A stretch of 64,000 bases of DNA from an uncultured Candidatus Binatia bacterium (GCA_965219905.1 CBDCOS010000002.1:2076625-2140624); one strand, 5' to 3'; shown: positions 9,952-19,792, counted from the stretch's first letter. Program-made: numbers and translations. Notes: a model not told the origin generated them from the sequence alone.

Positions 9952-11247
9952 ATGGCGGAACGCCTGAAAACCCCCAAGCCCAAGCCGCAGGCGGTTACGG
10001 ACCAGATCCGCGCCACGGTCAGCGAGATTCTCCGCGCGGTGGAAAACGAGGGCGAGGCAGCGGTGCGCCGGTACTCGCAGCGCTTCGACAACTGGAGTCC
10101 TCCCTCGTTCCGGGTATCGCGAGAAGAGATAGATGACGCCGAGGCCGCCACCGACGACACGCTCAAGGAGCACATCCGCTTCGCCCAGGAACAGGTGCGC
10201 AACTTCGCCGCGCTTCAGCGGCAGAGCGTCACGGACTTCGAGCGGGAGACCATGCCCGGCGTGGTGCTCGGGCAGAGGTGGATCCCCGTGCGTTCCGTGG
10301 GCGCCTACACGCCGGGCGGCGCCTATCCCCTCATCGCGTCGGCCATCATGACCCTCGTCACGCCCAAGGCCGCGGGGGTTCCCCGCGTGGTCGCCAGCGC
10401 GCCCCCGCGCAAGGGCCAGGGGATGCATCCGCCGCAACTCTTCGCCATGGCATCGTCCGGGGCCGACGAGATCTTCTGCATCGGCGGGGTCCAGGCGCTC
10501 GCCGCCCTCGCCTTCGGCATCGAGGACCTGGAGCCCGTGGACATGCTGGTGGGCGCGGGCAACGCCTACGTCGCCGAGGCCAAGCGGCAGCTCTTCGGAC
10601 AGACGGGCATCGACCTCCTGGCCGGCCCCACCGAGATCCTGATCATCGCGGACGACTCCGCCGACCCGGAGATAGTGGCCGCGGACCTGCTCGGCCAGGC
10701 GGAGCACGGCCCCACCTCGCCCGCGGCGCTGGTGACCACGTCCCGTGAGCTGGCCGAGGCCACGGCGCGGGAGGTGGACCGCTGGCTGGAGACCTGGCCC
10801 ACCGCCGACATTGCAGGGCCGGCGTGGCGCGACTACGGCAGTATCACGGTGTGCGACAGCGACGAGGAGATGGTGCGCGAGGCCGACGCCTTCGCCCCGG
10901 AGCACCTGGAGGTGCAGACACGGGACCCCGACTGGTTCCTGGAGCGCCTGACCAACTACGGCACGCTCTTCCTGGGCCGGCACGCCACCGTGGTCTACTC
11001 CGACAAGTCCATCGGCACCAACCACGTGCTGCCCACCGCCGGCGCCGCGCGCTACACCGGCGGCCTGTGGGTGGGCAAGTTCCTCAAGACCGTCACGTAC
11101 CAGCGGGTCGCCGCCGAGGGCTCGCGCCGGGTGGCGCCCGCCGCCGACGCCATCTCCGAGGCGGAGCACATGCAGGGACACGCCATCACCGCCCGGCTCA
11201 GGCTCGACCCGCGGCGGTTCGACGACGTGCCGGGCGAGGGGCCATAG
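9952..11247 (+). CDS. histidinol dehydrogenase family (HisD-like) NAD-dependent 4-electron dehydrogenase, orphan paralog
   Basis: 431 aa; conserved IGGVQALAALAFG, GPTEILIIADDSADPEIVAADLLGQAEHGPTSP (catalytic Glu-His pair), HLEV...; no other his genes nearby. Confidence 0.8.
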   Translation: MAERLKTPKPKPQAVTDQIRATVSEILRAVENEGEAAVRRYSQRFDNWSPPSFRVSREEIDDAEAATDDTLKEHIRFAQEQVRNFAALQRQSVTDFERETMPGVVLGQRWIPVRSVGAYTPGGAYPLIASAIMTLVTPKAAGVPRVVASAPPRKGQGMHPPQLFAMASSGADEIFCIGGVQALAALAFGIEDLEPVDMLVGAGNAYVAEAKRQLFGQTGIDLLAGPTEILIIADDSADPEIVAADLLGQAEHGPTSPAALVTTSRELAEATAREVDRWLETWPTADIAGPAWRDYGSITVCDSDEEMVREADAFAPEHLEVQTRDPDWFLERLTNYGTLFLGRHATVVYSDKSIGTNHVLPTAGAARYTGGLWVGKFLKTVTYQRVAAEGSRRVAPAADAISEAEHMQGHAITARLRLDPRRFDDVPGEGP

Positions 11248-11256
11248 GAGCCGTCA

Positions 11257-12045
11257 TTGAGCTCGTCGACGTTGAAGGACAAGGTAGCAGTGGTGACCGG
11301 GGCCAGCCGAGGCATCGGAAGGGAAATCGCGGTCACGCTGGCACGGGAAGGGGCGGACGTGGCGCTGGCGGCCCGGAACGAAGCAGCCCTCGACGAGACC
11401 CGCGCCCTCGTGGAAGGACTCGGGCGGAAGGCGCTGGTGACGGTCACCGACATCAGCGACGCCGCCAGCGTGGACACCTCGGCGCGGAGGATACTGGAAC
11501 ACTTCGGACACGTGGACCTGCTGGTGAACAACAGCGGCGTCGGAGGCCCTTCCGCGGCCCTTTGGGAAACCGATCCCGCGGACTGGGAATCCACCTTCGC
11601 GGTCAACGTCACCGGGACCTTCCTGTGCTGCCGGGCATTCCTGCCATCCATGATCGAGCGCCGGTCGGGAGCGGTGGTGATCATCGGCTCCATGACCGGC
11701 AAGCGGCCGCTGTGGGGGAGGTCGCCCTACGCCGCCAGCAAGACCGCCCTGATAGGCCTCACGCGGACATTGGCCGTCGAGACCGGGCCGTACGGCGTAC
11801 GCGTGAACCTGATATCCCCCGGCGCGGTGGAAGGAGAGCGCATCGAGTGGATGATGCGGAAGCAGGCCGAGGGAAGGGGCATCAGCGTCGAAGAGGTGCG
11901 GGCGGAACTGGCCCAGGGCTCGCCGCTGAACCGCCTGGTGGAGGCGGGCGAGGTGGCGGCGACGGTGGTTTTCCTTGCGTCCGAAGGGGCCCGGTCCATC
12001 ACGGGCGAGGACATGAACGTATCGGCGGGACTCGTGACGTACTAG
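11257..12045 (+). CDS. SDR family oxidoreductase
   Basis: 262 aa, TTG start after GGAG; TGASRGIG cofactor motif, catalytic Y...K region (YAASKTAL). Confidence 0.8.
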   Translation: MSSSTLKDKVAVVTGASRGIGREIAVTLAREGADVALAARNEAALDETRALVEGLGRKALVTVTDISDAASVDTSARRILEHFGHVDLLVNNSGVGGPSAALWETDPADWESTFAVNVTGTFLCCRAFLPSMIERRSGAVVIIGSMTGKRPLWGRSPYAASKTALIGLTRTLAVETGPYGVRVNLISPGAVEGERIEWMMRKQAEGRGISVEEVRAELAQGSPLNRLVEAGEVAATVVFLASEGARSITGEDMNVSAGLVTY

Positions 12046-12119
12046 TAGGGGCGACCGGCGGTCGCCCTCTGAAACGCAGGTCGCGCCGTTTCAGAGGGCG
12101 ACCCGCCGGTCGCCCCTAC
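12046..12119. repeat. REP doublet (REPIN-like): two inverted REP cores flanking CTCTGAAACG/CGTTTCAGAG arms
   Basis: TAGGGGCGACCGGCGGTCGCCCTCTGAAACG...CGTTTCAGAGGGCGACCCGCCGGTCGCCCCTACC forms a long imperfect hairpin; intergenic. Confidence 0.7.
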
Positions 12120-12167
12120 CCGGACACCGTCCGGTGCGAAGAACGTAGATTTCAAAGGAGGTATTCG

Positions 12168-12857
12168 ATGGCTCGTCTAGTGGATTTGTCGGTGGAGATC
12201 TATCAGGGGATGAACGTCTATCCCGGGCACCTGAAGACCGTCATCTTCCAGCACGCCACCCACGAGGAAACCGCGCAACGGTTCGAGGGCGGCTTCTCGT
12301 TCCAGACCACGGGCATCCTGCTGAACGACAACGGCCCCACCCACGTGGATTCCTTCAGCCACCTGGACCCGCGGCCGGGTGCGGCCACCATCGACCAGAT
12401 GCCCCTGGACCTGTTCTACGGCCCGGCCCTGTGCATCGACGTCTCCCACAAGGAGCCGCACACCGACATCATGCCGGACGAGCTGGACGCCGCGGTGGAG
12501 AAGTCCGGCCACGAGCTCAAAAAGGGTGACATCCTGCTGCTCTATACCGGCACCTACGACCGCTACAAGGGGCAGCCGGAATACCTGACGACGTTTCCGG
12601 GCCTGGGCGAGGAAGGCAGCATGTGGCTGGTGGAAAAGGGCGTCAAGACCTTCGGCGTGGACACGCCGACTCCGGACAACCCCATCAGCAAGACCTATCC
12701 GTGCCACATGATGTGCCGCTTCCACCACATCACCCACTACGAGAACCTGGTGCTGACCGAGGTAGCGGGCAAGCGCTTCACGTTCGTCGGCTTTCCCCTG
12801 CGGCTCAAGGGCTCGCACGGCGGACCGACCAGGGCGGTGGCGCTGATGGACGACTGA
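12168..12857 (+). CDS. cyclase family protein (kynurenine formamidase/isatin hydrolase-like, PF04199-type)
   Basis: 229 aa from MARLVDLSVEIYQGMNVYPGH (RBS AAAGGAGG); HxGTHxDxPxH-like motif NDNGPTHVDSFSHLD; the 677-aa track ORF is a Gly/Arg-rich artefact upstream. Confidence 0.75.
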   Translation: MARLVDLSVEIYQGMNVYPGHLKTVIFQHATHEETAQRFEGGFSFQTTGILLNDNGPTHVDSFSHLDPRPGAATIDQMPLDLFYGPALCIDVSHKEPHTDIMPDELDAAVEKSGHELKKGDILLLYTGTYDRYKGQPEYLTTFPGLGEEGSMWLVEKGVKTFGVDTPTPDNPISKTYPCHMMCRFHHITHYENLVLTEVAGKRFTFVGFPLRLKGSHGGPTRAVALMDD

Positions 12858-12924
12858 GCCCGACTCCAGCGCGGGAAGATCGGTCGCCTGGCAGGATCTT
12901 CATACCAAGGAGAACCCGCTCAAC

Positions 12925-13647
12925 ATGAACCTTCTTACGATCAAACGAGAGGCGGTACCCCTACACGCCGAAGTCGCGGCGATGCTGCGACACCAGATCC
13001 TGGCCGGCACCCTTGCCCCGGGCGCGCAATTGCCGCCGCTCAGCGAACTGACGGAAAAGTTGGGCGTGGCGCGCATGACCGTCCGGCAAGCGATGGATGC
13101 GCTGGAAGCCGAGGGGTTGATCGAACGCCATTCGGGCCGCGGCACTTTCGTCAAGCGGGTTGACCTTCCCAAGCGCCAGACTCTGAACATGCAGGCGGAC
13201 CTATCGCAGCTCCAGTCGATGGTGGCTCAGTTGGAAGTCTCCGTATTGGTCGAGGAAACCCAGGCCGCGACGACGGACGAGAACGGGGTTGCCTATCGAT
13301 ACATGAAGCGAATTCACTCTCTTGACGGCAAACCCTTCTGTCATGTCGATCTGCGGGTGGACAACGCACTCTACGAACAAGCCCCGGAGAGGTATTCTTC
13401 CGAAATCGTCGTCCGCGTCCTCAAGGACATGGGGATCCCGGTCGGTTCCGCGCGCCAGCGGGTGACCATCTCGTACGCGGACCTGGAAGTAGCGCAGGCC
13501 TTGGAGATCAAGGTCAACTCACCCGTATTCCGCGTGTTTCGAGAGTTCTTCGACCCCAGTGGCCGGTTGATCTACTCGGCGAACCTTGTCTATCCCGGCG
13601 ATGTCCTTGAATTCGAGATGGAGTTCACGACCGACACGTCCGATTGA
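12925..13647 (+). CDS. GntR family transcriptional regulator (HutC subfamily, UTRA effector domain)
   Basis: 240 aa; N-terminal wHTH (LPPLSELTEKLGVARMTVRQAMDALEAEGLIERHSGRGTFV) and C-terminal UTRA-like domain. Confidence 0.8.
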   Translation: MNLLTIKREAVPLHAEVAAMLRHQILAGTLAPGAQLPPLSELTEKLGVARMTVRQAMDALEAEGLIERHSGRGTFVKRVDLPKRQTLNMQADLSQLQSMVAQLEVSVLVEETQAATTDENGVAYRYMKRIHSLDGKPFCHVDLRVDNALYEQAPERYSSEIVVRVLKDMGIPVGSARQRVTISYADLEVAQALEIKVNSPVFRVFREFFDPSGRLIYSANLVYPGDVLEFEMEFTTDTSD

Positions 13648-13865
13648 CCAACCCGTTCACCGGGAACCTTCCCGGAATTTTTCGGGGGCCGTCCATATCT
13701 GTCCCACGCCGCGGAGCGCAAGAGCCCCGAGCGTGCGGCTATCAAAACCCATTGCATCCGTTGCCACAATTGTACTAGTGTTCTGGCAGTCTAGCTGATA
13801 GGGCCTTCGGACGACTGCGGTGCAACCATCGCCTTGCGGACCCGGTGCCCTTCTCGACGGTCGAA

Positions 13866-14987
13866 ATGTCTCACGTCATCAGACAAATCGACGTAACTGT
13901 CTACCGGGCACCCATCGAAACACCGGTCATGACGTCCTTCGGCAACATGACGGATCGGCCGGCCGTCATAGTCCGTCTCCAAGACCAGGACGGCGCCGAA
14001 GGATGGGGTGAGGTATGGTGCAACTATCCTACCTGCGGAGCCGAGCACCGGGCGAAGTTGATCGAGACGGTATTCGAGCCACTTTTGATCGGATACAGCT
14101 TCAAGGCCCCGCCCGAGTTGTTCGACTACCTCACCGAGCGCAGCCACGTTCTTGCAATTCAGACCGCGGAGGTCGGACCTATCGCGCAATGCATCGCGGG
14201 CCTCGACATCGCCGCCTGGGATTTGACCGCGCGGAAATCGGGTTCGCCCCTTCACCAGTTGCTGGGGAGCGAAGAGTCGTTGGTTTCCGTCTATGCCAGC
14301 GGCGTCAATCCCACCGGTGCCCCGGAAACGGTTGAACGCGCGCGTCGCGATGGCTACCGGGCGTTCAAGGTCAAGATCGGTTTTGGCCACGACGAAGATC
14401 TGGCCGTCCTCTCGGAGGTATGTTCCGGACTGACCGCCGAGGAGAGATTGATGGCCGACGCCAATCAAGCCTGGAGCATCGAACAGGCGCGACGGTTCGT
14501 CGACCGGATAGACGATATTCCGTTGTCCTGGCTCGAGGAACCGCTTCGAGCCGACCGGCCGGACGAGGAATGGCGAGCCTTGGCTGAACAGACGAAGATC
14601 CCCATCGCCGCTGGAGAAAACATTCGGGGACAGCGCGATTTCGAGCACAAGATAAAAAGCGGCTACCTGGGCGTCGTGCAGCCCGATATCTGCAAGTGGG
14701 GCGGAATATCGGCGAACCTGCCGATTGTCCGGGGTATCCTGGCCGCCGGCGTTCGCTACTGCCCGCACTATCTCGGGGGCGGGATCGGGCTTGTGGCCAG
14801 CGCCCATCTTCTCGCGGCAGTCGGCGGGGATGGCTCCCTGGAAGTGGACTACAGCACAAACCCGTTGCGCGAAGGCTTGGCCGACCCTTGGCCGGCGGTG
14901 CGGGACGGAACAATCACGCTGACCAGCGAGGCGGGACTGGGTGTAAAGCCGGATCTCGACCGGTTACGCGAATTCGCAGTCGCATGA
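13866..14987 (+). CDS. enolase superfamily enzyme (mandelate racemase/muconate lactonizing enzyme family; sugar-acid dehydratase or epimerase)
   Basis: About 373 aa; MR_MLE N and C domains, KVKIGF..., metal-binding D/E pattern (MADANQAW, WLEEP); start could also be GTG 13845. Confidence 0.75.
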   Translation: MSHVIRQIDVTVYRAPIETPVMTSFGNMTDRPAVIVRLQDQDGAEGWGEVWCNYPTCGAEHRAKLIETVFEPLLIGYSFKAPPELFDYLTERSHVLAIQTAEVGPIAQCIAGLDIAAWDLTARKSGSPLHQLLGSEESLVSVYASGVNPTGAPETVERARRDGYRAFKVKIGFGHDEDLAVLSEVCSGLTAEERLMADANQAWSIEQARRFVDRIDDIPLSWLEEPLRADRPDEEWRALAEQTKIPIAAGENIRGQRDFEHKIKSGYLGVVQPDICKWGGISANLPIVRGILAAGVRYCPHYLGGGIGLVASAHLLAAVGGDGSLEVDYSTNPLREGLADPWPAVRDGTITLTSEAGLGVKPDLDRLREFAVA

Positions 14988-15035
14988 GCGTGGTGGGCAT
15001 TACGTCTGACATTGCGATGCGTTCCGAGGCCAATC

Positions 15036-16076
15036 ATGACGGTTGAGAATCTTTTCCACATCTATGTCTCGTCATTGAGTGGCGGCCGGATCGACGTGTT
15101 CAATCTCGACGCGGATACCGGCGAGATGTCGCGGCAACAAACCGTCGGGCTATCCGGGAAGGGCCTGCCGTTGGCTGTCTCCCCCGACCGGCGCAGACTC
15201 TACGCCTCCGTCATCGGGGAGGTCGATGGCGGGGAGGAACCGCGCTACGAAACTTTCCGCATCGCTTCGGCAAGTGGAGAGTTGGTGCACCTCGATACCG
15301 TGAAGGCGCCGGCACGGATGGCTCATATCTCCGTCGACAAGACCGGCCGGTTTCTTCTCGGCGCATCCTTCCCTTCGGATCTCATTGCCGTCAATCCCAT
15401 CGGCACGCGGGGTTACGTCCAGGAGATGCCTTCGGATCTTCGCTCCGCGCCCAGCAAGGCGCATCAGATCATGACCGATGCATCGAACCGGCTCGCGTTC
15501 GTTCCTAATTTCGGCGCGGCTCTCGTGATGCAGTTGTTGTTCGACGAAAGGACCGGGACCTTTTCGGACAACTCGCCGCCGACTTTCAAGCAGCCGGCGG
15601 AATCGCGGCCGCGGCATGTCGCCCATCATCCGGACGGACGGTTCGTCTACCTGCTCAACGAGAAGGAAGGAGTCGTAGTCGCCTGCGCGTTGGACGCGCA
15701 CGCCGGTACCCTCGCGGAAATTCAGCGAGAGAACATAATGCCGGACGCATTCCAGGACGAACCGTGGAGTGCACAGATCCACGTGACGCCGGACGGGCGC
15801 CAACTGTTCTGCAGCGAGCGACGATCGAGCACCCTTTGCCGGTTCGCGATCGATCTCCAATCCGGTCGCCTGTCGGAGCGGTCGCTCCAGGATACGGACG
15901 AGGTCCCCAGGTGCTTCGACATCGACCCCACCGGTACATGGATTGTCTCGGCCGGCCAGATGACGAGCCAACTCATCGCCTATCGTATCGACCGGGGATC
16001 GGGCCAACTCAAGGAGACCAGCCGCGTCGGGACGTCGGACGAACCGGTCTGGGTCGAGATCGTCGAGCTTCCCTGA
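15036..16076 (+). CDS. lactonase, 7-bladed beta-propeller (6-phosphogluconolactonase/cis-carboxy-muconate lactonizing enzyme-like)
   Basis: 346 aa from MTVENLFHIYVSSLSGGRIDVF; Lactonase (PF10282)-like repeats. Confidence 0.65.
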   Translation: MTVENLFHIYVSSLSGGRIDVFNLDADTGEMSRQQTVGLSGKGLPLAVSPDRRRLYASVIGEVDGGEEPRYETFRIASASGELVHLDTVKAPARMAHISVDKTGRFLLGASFPSDLIAVNPIGTRGYVQEMPSDLRSAPSKAHQIMTDASNRLAFVPNFGAALVMQLLFDERTGTFSDNSPPTFKQPAESRPRHVAHHPDGRFVYLLNEKEGVVVACALDAHAGTLAEIQRENIMPDAFQDEPWSAQIHVTPDGRQLFCSERRSSTLCRFAIDLQSGRLSERSLQDTDEVPRCFDIDPTGTWIVSAGQMTSQLIAYRIDRGSGQLKETSRVGTSDEPVWVEIVELP

Positions 16077-16199
16077 CTCGTCCATGCGTTGGAGCCATGA
16101 CGCAATGCTGAACCTGAGTTGTAACCGTGTTGTGATGGAACTTGTTGGAGGAGAGACGGAAGACCGTTGGCGCATCTGAACCTTAAGTGGGAGGTACCA

Positions 16200-17885
16200 A
16201 TGTCACAAATTGTGAATGATCGTCGGCACGCCGACCGTGTGCTGCGGACCGACCGTCCGAGACGCATTCGGCCCGTCGCCCACGGAATCGCGCGTGATCT
16301 TGGGGTGGTTGCCCTCGTTGGCCTGGTGCTGCTGCTGCTGGCCTGGTCGCCGGCCCTGGCACAGGCGGACAAGCTGGTCGCTGCGGTCAGCAAGCCGGGC
16401 ACCGAGACCAACCGGTTCTGGTCCGGCAGCACCATGTGGCACGTTATGGATCCCGCCTTGGAAGGATTGCTCGATCAGGACCCCGTCACCGGCGAGAACA
16501 CCGACAAGGGCCTGGCGGTGTCGTGGGAGGCCAGCGACGACTTCAAGGTGTGGACCTTCAAGCTCCGCAAGGGCGTCCAGTTCCACCATGGATGGGGAGA
16601 GTTTACCGCCGCCGACGTGGTGCACAGCTACAAGCTCCACACCGGCCCGGATGCCATCATCCCGACGGTGGACCAACTGAGGGGCGCCAAGGCCGAGGCG
16701 GTGGACAGGTACACGGTGCGGTTCACTTATCCCGAGCCCAACAAGAACCTGCTGTTCCTTCACGGCGGACGCAGCGTGATGAAGGTCTACAGCAAGGCAC
16801 AGTTCGACAAGGAGGGTCTGGAGGGCTACGACCGCAAGTTCGCCGGCACCGGCCACTATCAGTTCGTGTCGCGCGAGCCCGGCCAGATTCTCTACGAGCG
16901 ATTCGACAAGCACTATTCATCGGTGAAGCCCGACTTCAGAATCCTCGAGTTCCGCTTCGTCGATGAGCCCGCCACCAAGCTCGCCATGCTGTTGTCTGGC
17001 GAGGCGGCCATCGCCGACCTCCCCCGTGAGCTGATGAAGGACGCCCTGGCGGGCGGGATGAAGACCGCGGAATCGGCGCGCGCCGTGATCCAGACCGACG
17101 TCGTCCTCAACGGCCTCTACTGCGAATCGGGGGACAAGGCATGCGGCAAGCACCTCCCGTGGTACAACAGGAAGATCCGGGAGGCGATGAATATCGCCCT
17201 GAACCGGGAAGAAATGGTCCAGGTGCTGTTCCCCGGCGGCGGCGCCAAGCTGCTGCCTCGCTATGCCATGACGCCGGGCCACGAGGGTTACGATCCGACC
17301 CTGGTGGAGCGTTTCAAGAAGGAGTACGGCTACAACCCGGAACGGGCCAAGAAGCTGATGAAGGAAGCCGGCTACCCCGATGCCTTCAAGGACCCGGCCA
17401 TCCACCTGGTGCTGAAGCCCAGCGCCGGCGTGCCCGAAGTGGCGTTGCAGATGGAACTCATCCATCAGTACCTGACGGCGGTCGGTTTCAAGGCGGAGCT
17501 CCGGGAGATCGATCACGCAACGGTCGGCGCCATGGGCCGTGCACGGAAGGCATACATCATCCATCCAAGCAAGAACGCTCCGCCGCGGCCCACCGAAGTC
17601 GCGTTCCGCGCCTTTTACTCCAAGCCGGGCGGGCCCTACCAGGGATGGGAAGACGACTTCACGAGCAGCAACATCAAGGCGTTCCGGGCTGAGCGTGATC
17701 CCAAGAAGCGCGATGCCATCGCTCGCAAGATTTTCAACTACCTGTTCGAACAGTATGTCAGCATGCCCATGTTCGAACTGCGGACCCAGTTGGCCTTCAA
17801 CCCCAAGACGGTAGCGTCGTGGCAATTCCCCGGCGTAACGTCCACCGGCTACGGTCACTGGCACACGGTAAAGGCCGCAAAATAA
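16200..17885 (+). CDS. ABC transporter substrate-binding protein, family 5 (second Dpp/Opp-like system)
   Basis: GGGAGG RBS then ATG; long Arg-rich n-region, h-region VVALVGLVLLLLAWSPALAQA; SBP_bac_5-like body. Confidence 0.8.
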   Translation: MSQIVNDRRHADRVLRTDRPRRIRPVAHGIARDLGVVALVGLVLLLLAWSPALAQADKLVAAVSKPGTETNRFWSGSTMWHVMDPALEGLLDQDPVTGENTDKGLAVSWEASDDFKVWTFKLRKGVQFHHGWGEFTAADVVHSYKLHTGPDAIIPTVDQLRGAKAEAVDRYTVRFTYPEPNKNLLFLHGGRSVMKVYSKAQFDKEGLEGYDRKFAGTGHYQFVSREPGQILYERFDKHYSSVKPDFRILEFRFVDEPATKLAMLLSGEAAIADLPRELMKDALAGGMKTAESARAVIQTDVVLNGLYCESGDKACGKHLPWYNRKIREAMNIALNREEMVQVLFPGGGAKLLPRYAMTPGHEGYDPTLVERFKKEYGYNPERAKKLMKEAGYPDAFKDPAIHLVLKPSAGVPEVALQMELIHQYLTAVGFKAELREIDHATVGAMGRARKAYIIHPSKNAPPRPTEVAFRAFYSKPGGPYQGWEDDFTSSNIKAFRAERDPKKRDAIARKIFNYLFEQYVSMPMFELRTQLAFNPKTVASWQFPGVTSTGYGHWHTVKAAK

Positions 17886-17953
17886 AGGGGTGATCTCTCG
17901 TCCGAAAGGCGGGCACCCGGGACCGGGGGCCCGCCTTCCTTCCCACGGGGCCA

Positions 17954-18874
17954 ATGAGACGATACCTGGTTATCCGGAGTTTGCAGAGCCTGCTTGCCCT
18001 TTTGGCCATCAGCGTTATTGCGTTCGCCATGTCCCACCTCACCGGGAGCCCGGTGGACGCCATGCTGCCGGATGACGCGGGACCCGAGGAGGCCGCGCGC
18101 CTTACCAGACTGTGGGGCCTCGACCGTCCGCTCTACGAGCAGTACTTCGTATTCCTGGGCAATGCCCTTCAAGGTAATTTCGGCGACTCGATCAAGTGGC
18201 AGGGTCAGACAGCGTTCGGCTTGGTGCTTGAACGCCTGCCGGCGACCATCCAACTTGGCGGGTTCGCCATCATCGTCAGCACGATCATCGCACTCCCCGT
18301 GGGCGTCCTCGCGGCGGTCTACAAGGACACCCCTTTTGATTCCGCCGGCAAGCTCGTCGCCCTGCTCGGTCAGGCCATGCCCAACTTCTGGCTCGGCATC
18401 GTGCTGATCTGGATATTCGCGGTGCATCTGCACTGGCTGCCCACGTCCGGCCGCGGCGGGTTCAGCCACATGATCTTGCCGGCCATCGCCATGGGCTGGT
18501 TCCAGGTCGCGGCCTTCATGCGCCTGACCCGCTCCGCCATGCTGGAGGTGCTGGACAGCGAATACATCAAGCTGGCCCGCATCAAGGGGGTCCCGGAACG
18601 CCGGGTGATATGGGTCCATGCCCTGAAGAACGCGGCGATCGCGCCGTTGACCTATTTCGGCGTGATCGCCGGCTCCATATTCACCGGTTCGGTCGTGATC
18701 GAGACCGTGTTCGCCTGGCCGGGCACCGGTTTGCTCGCCATCGATGCGATTCGGGGCCGCGACTTTCCCGTGATCCAGGCGGTCGTGGTCACCTTCGCCG
18801 GGGTCTTCATCGTCGCCAACCTGATCGTCGATACGCTCTACGCCTATCTCGATCCACGCATCCGCTACCAGTAA
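17954..18874 (+). CDS. ABC transporter permease, DppB-like
   Basis: 306 aa; MRRYLVIRSLQSLLALLAISVIAFAMSHL typical DppB N-terminus. Confidence 0.85.
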   Translation: MRRYLVIRSLQSLLALLAISVIAFAMSHLTGSPVDAMLPDDAGPEEAARLTRLWGLDRPLYEQYFVFLGNALQGNFGDSIKWQGQTAFGLVLERLPATIQLGGFAIIVSTIIALPVGVLAAVYKDTPFDSAGKLVALLGQAMPNFWLGIVLIWIFAVHLHWLPTSGRGGFSHMILPAIAMGWFQVAAFMRLTRSAMLEVLDSEYIKLARIKGVPERRVIWVHALKNAAIAPLTYFGVIAGSIFTGSVVIETVFAWPGTGLLAIDAIRGRDFPVIQAVVVTFAGVFIVANLIVDTLYAYLDPRIRYQ

Positions 18875-18892
18875 TCGGGAACGGAGCCTGGA

Positions 18893-19792
18893 GTGACCGG
18901 CGCACCTCTTACTGCTGATCGGGCTAACGACGACGATACCGGGAGAAAGCCGGGCCTCTGGCGCGGGCTTCGCCGACTGCCGTTGATCCCGATGTTCGTG
19001 CTCGTGGTATTGCTCGTCATCCCGGCGCTAAGCGCGGATTGGCTGGCGCCCCACGACCCCATCCGCGGTTCCATCCCCGACCGGCTGAAGCCGCCGGTGT
19101 TCTTCGGCGGCACGTGGGAGTTTGCTCTCGGCACCGACCGCCTCGGGCGGGATATCCTGAGCCGCATCATGCACGGCGCCAAGGTGTCGCTTTCCATCTC
19201 CATCGCCGGCATTCTCGCCGGCGGCGTTCTAGGCACCGCTCTCGGGCTGATCGCCGGCTACTTCCGGGGTCTGGCCGATGCGATCATCATGCGGCTCGTT
19301 GACATCACCATGGCGCTGCCCAGCATCCTGCTGGCCCTGGTGCTGGCGGTGACCGTTGGGCCGAGCTTCCAGACCATCATCGTGGTGGTGACCTTCGTGC
19401 TGTGGGCGCTCTATGCCCGCCAGGTCCGGGGGGAGGTCCTGAGTATCCGCGAGCGGGACTTCGTCGCCCGGGCGCGCGTGGCGGGGGCATCGGATTTGCG
19501 CATCATCGTCCGGCACATCCTGCCCAACGCCGCCAACACCATCATCGTGCTGGCGACCCTGCAGGTGGGTTCAGTGATTCTGCTGGAAGCGGGATTGAGC
19601 TTTCTCGGGGTCGGCATCCCACGACCCACACCGGCCTGGGGACTGATGGTTGCCGACGGCCGGCAGCTCATCGTGAGCGCCTGGTGGATCGCGTTCTTCC
19701 CGGGCCTCGCCATCACCCTCACCGTCTTCGCATTGAACCTGCTCGGCGACTGGATGCGCGACAGGCTGGACCCCAGGCTGAAGGAGGTGTGA
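18893..19792 (+). CDS. ABC transporter permease, DppC-like
   Basis: 299 aa; EAA-loop region and C-terminal ...LNLLGDWMRDRLDPRL. Confidence 0.85.
   Translation: MTGAPLTADRANDDDTGRKPGLWRGLRRLPLIPMFVLVVLLVIPALSADWLAPHDPIRGSIPDRLKPPVFFGGTWEFALGTDRLGRDILSRIMHGAKVSLSISIAGILAGGVLGTALGLIAGYFRGLADAIIMRLVDITMALPSILLALVLAVTVGPSFQTIIVVVTFVLWALYARQVRGEVLSIRERDFVARARVAGASDLRIIVRHILPNAANTIIVLATLQVGSVILLEAGLSFLGVGIPRPTPAWGLMVADGRQLIVSAWWIAFFPGLAITLTVFALNLLGDWMRDRLDPRLKEV

Noticed and set aside
10824-12857. 677-aa ORF on the plus strand
   Set aside because: Only the last 229 codons (cyclase family protein, from ATG 12168 with a good RBS) look like protein. The upstream part is low-complexity Arg/Gly sequence overlapping the real HisD-like and SDR genes in other frames.
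16167-16199. Longer N-terminus (MAHLNLKWEVP...) for the second SBP
   Set aside because: ATG 16200 is preceded by the strong RBS GGGAGG at optimal spacing. The upstream extension has no RBS.
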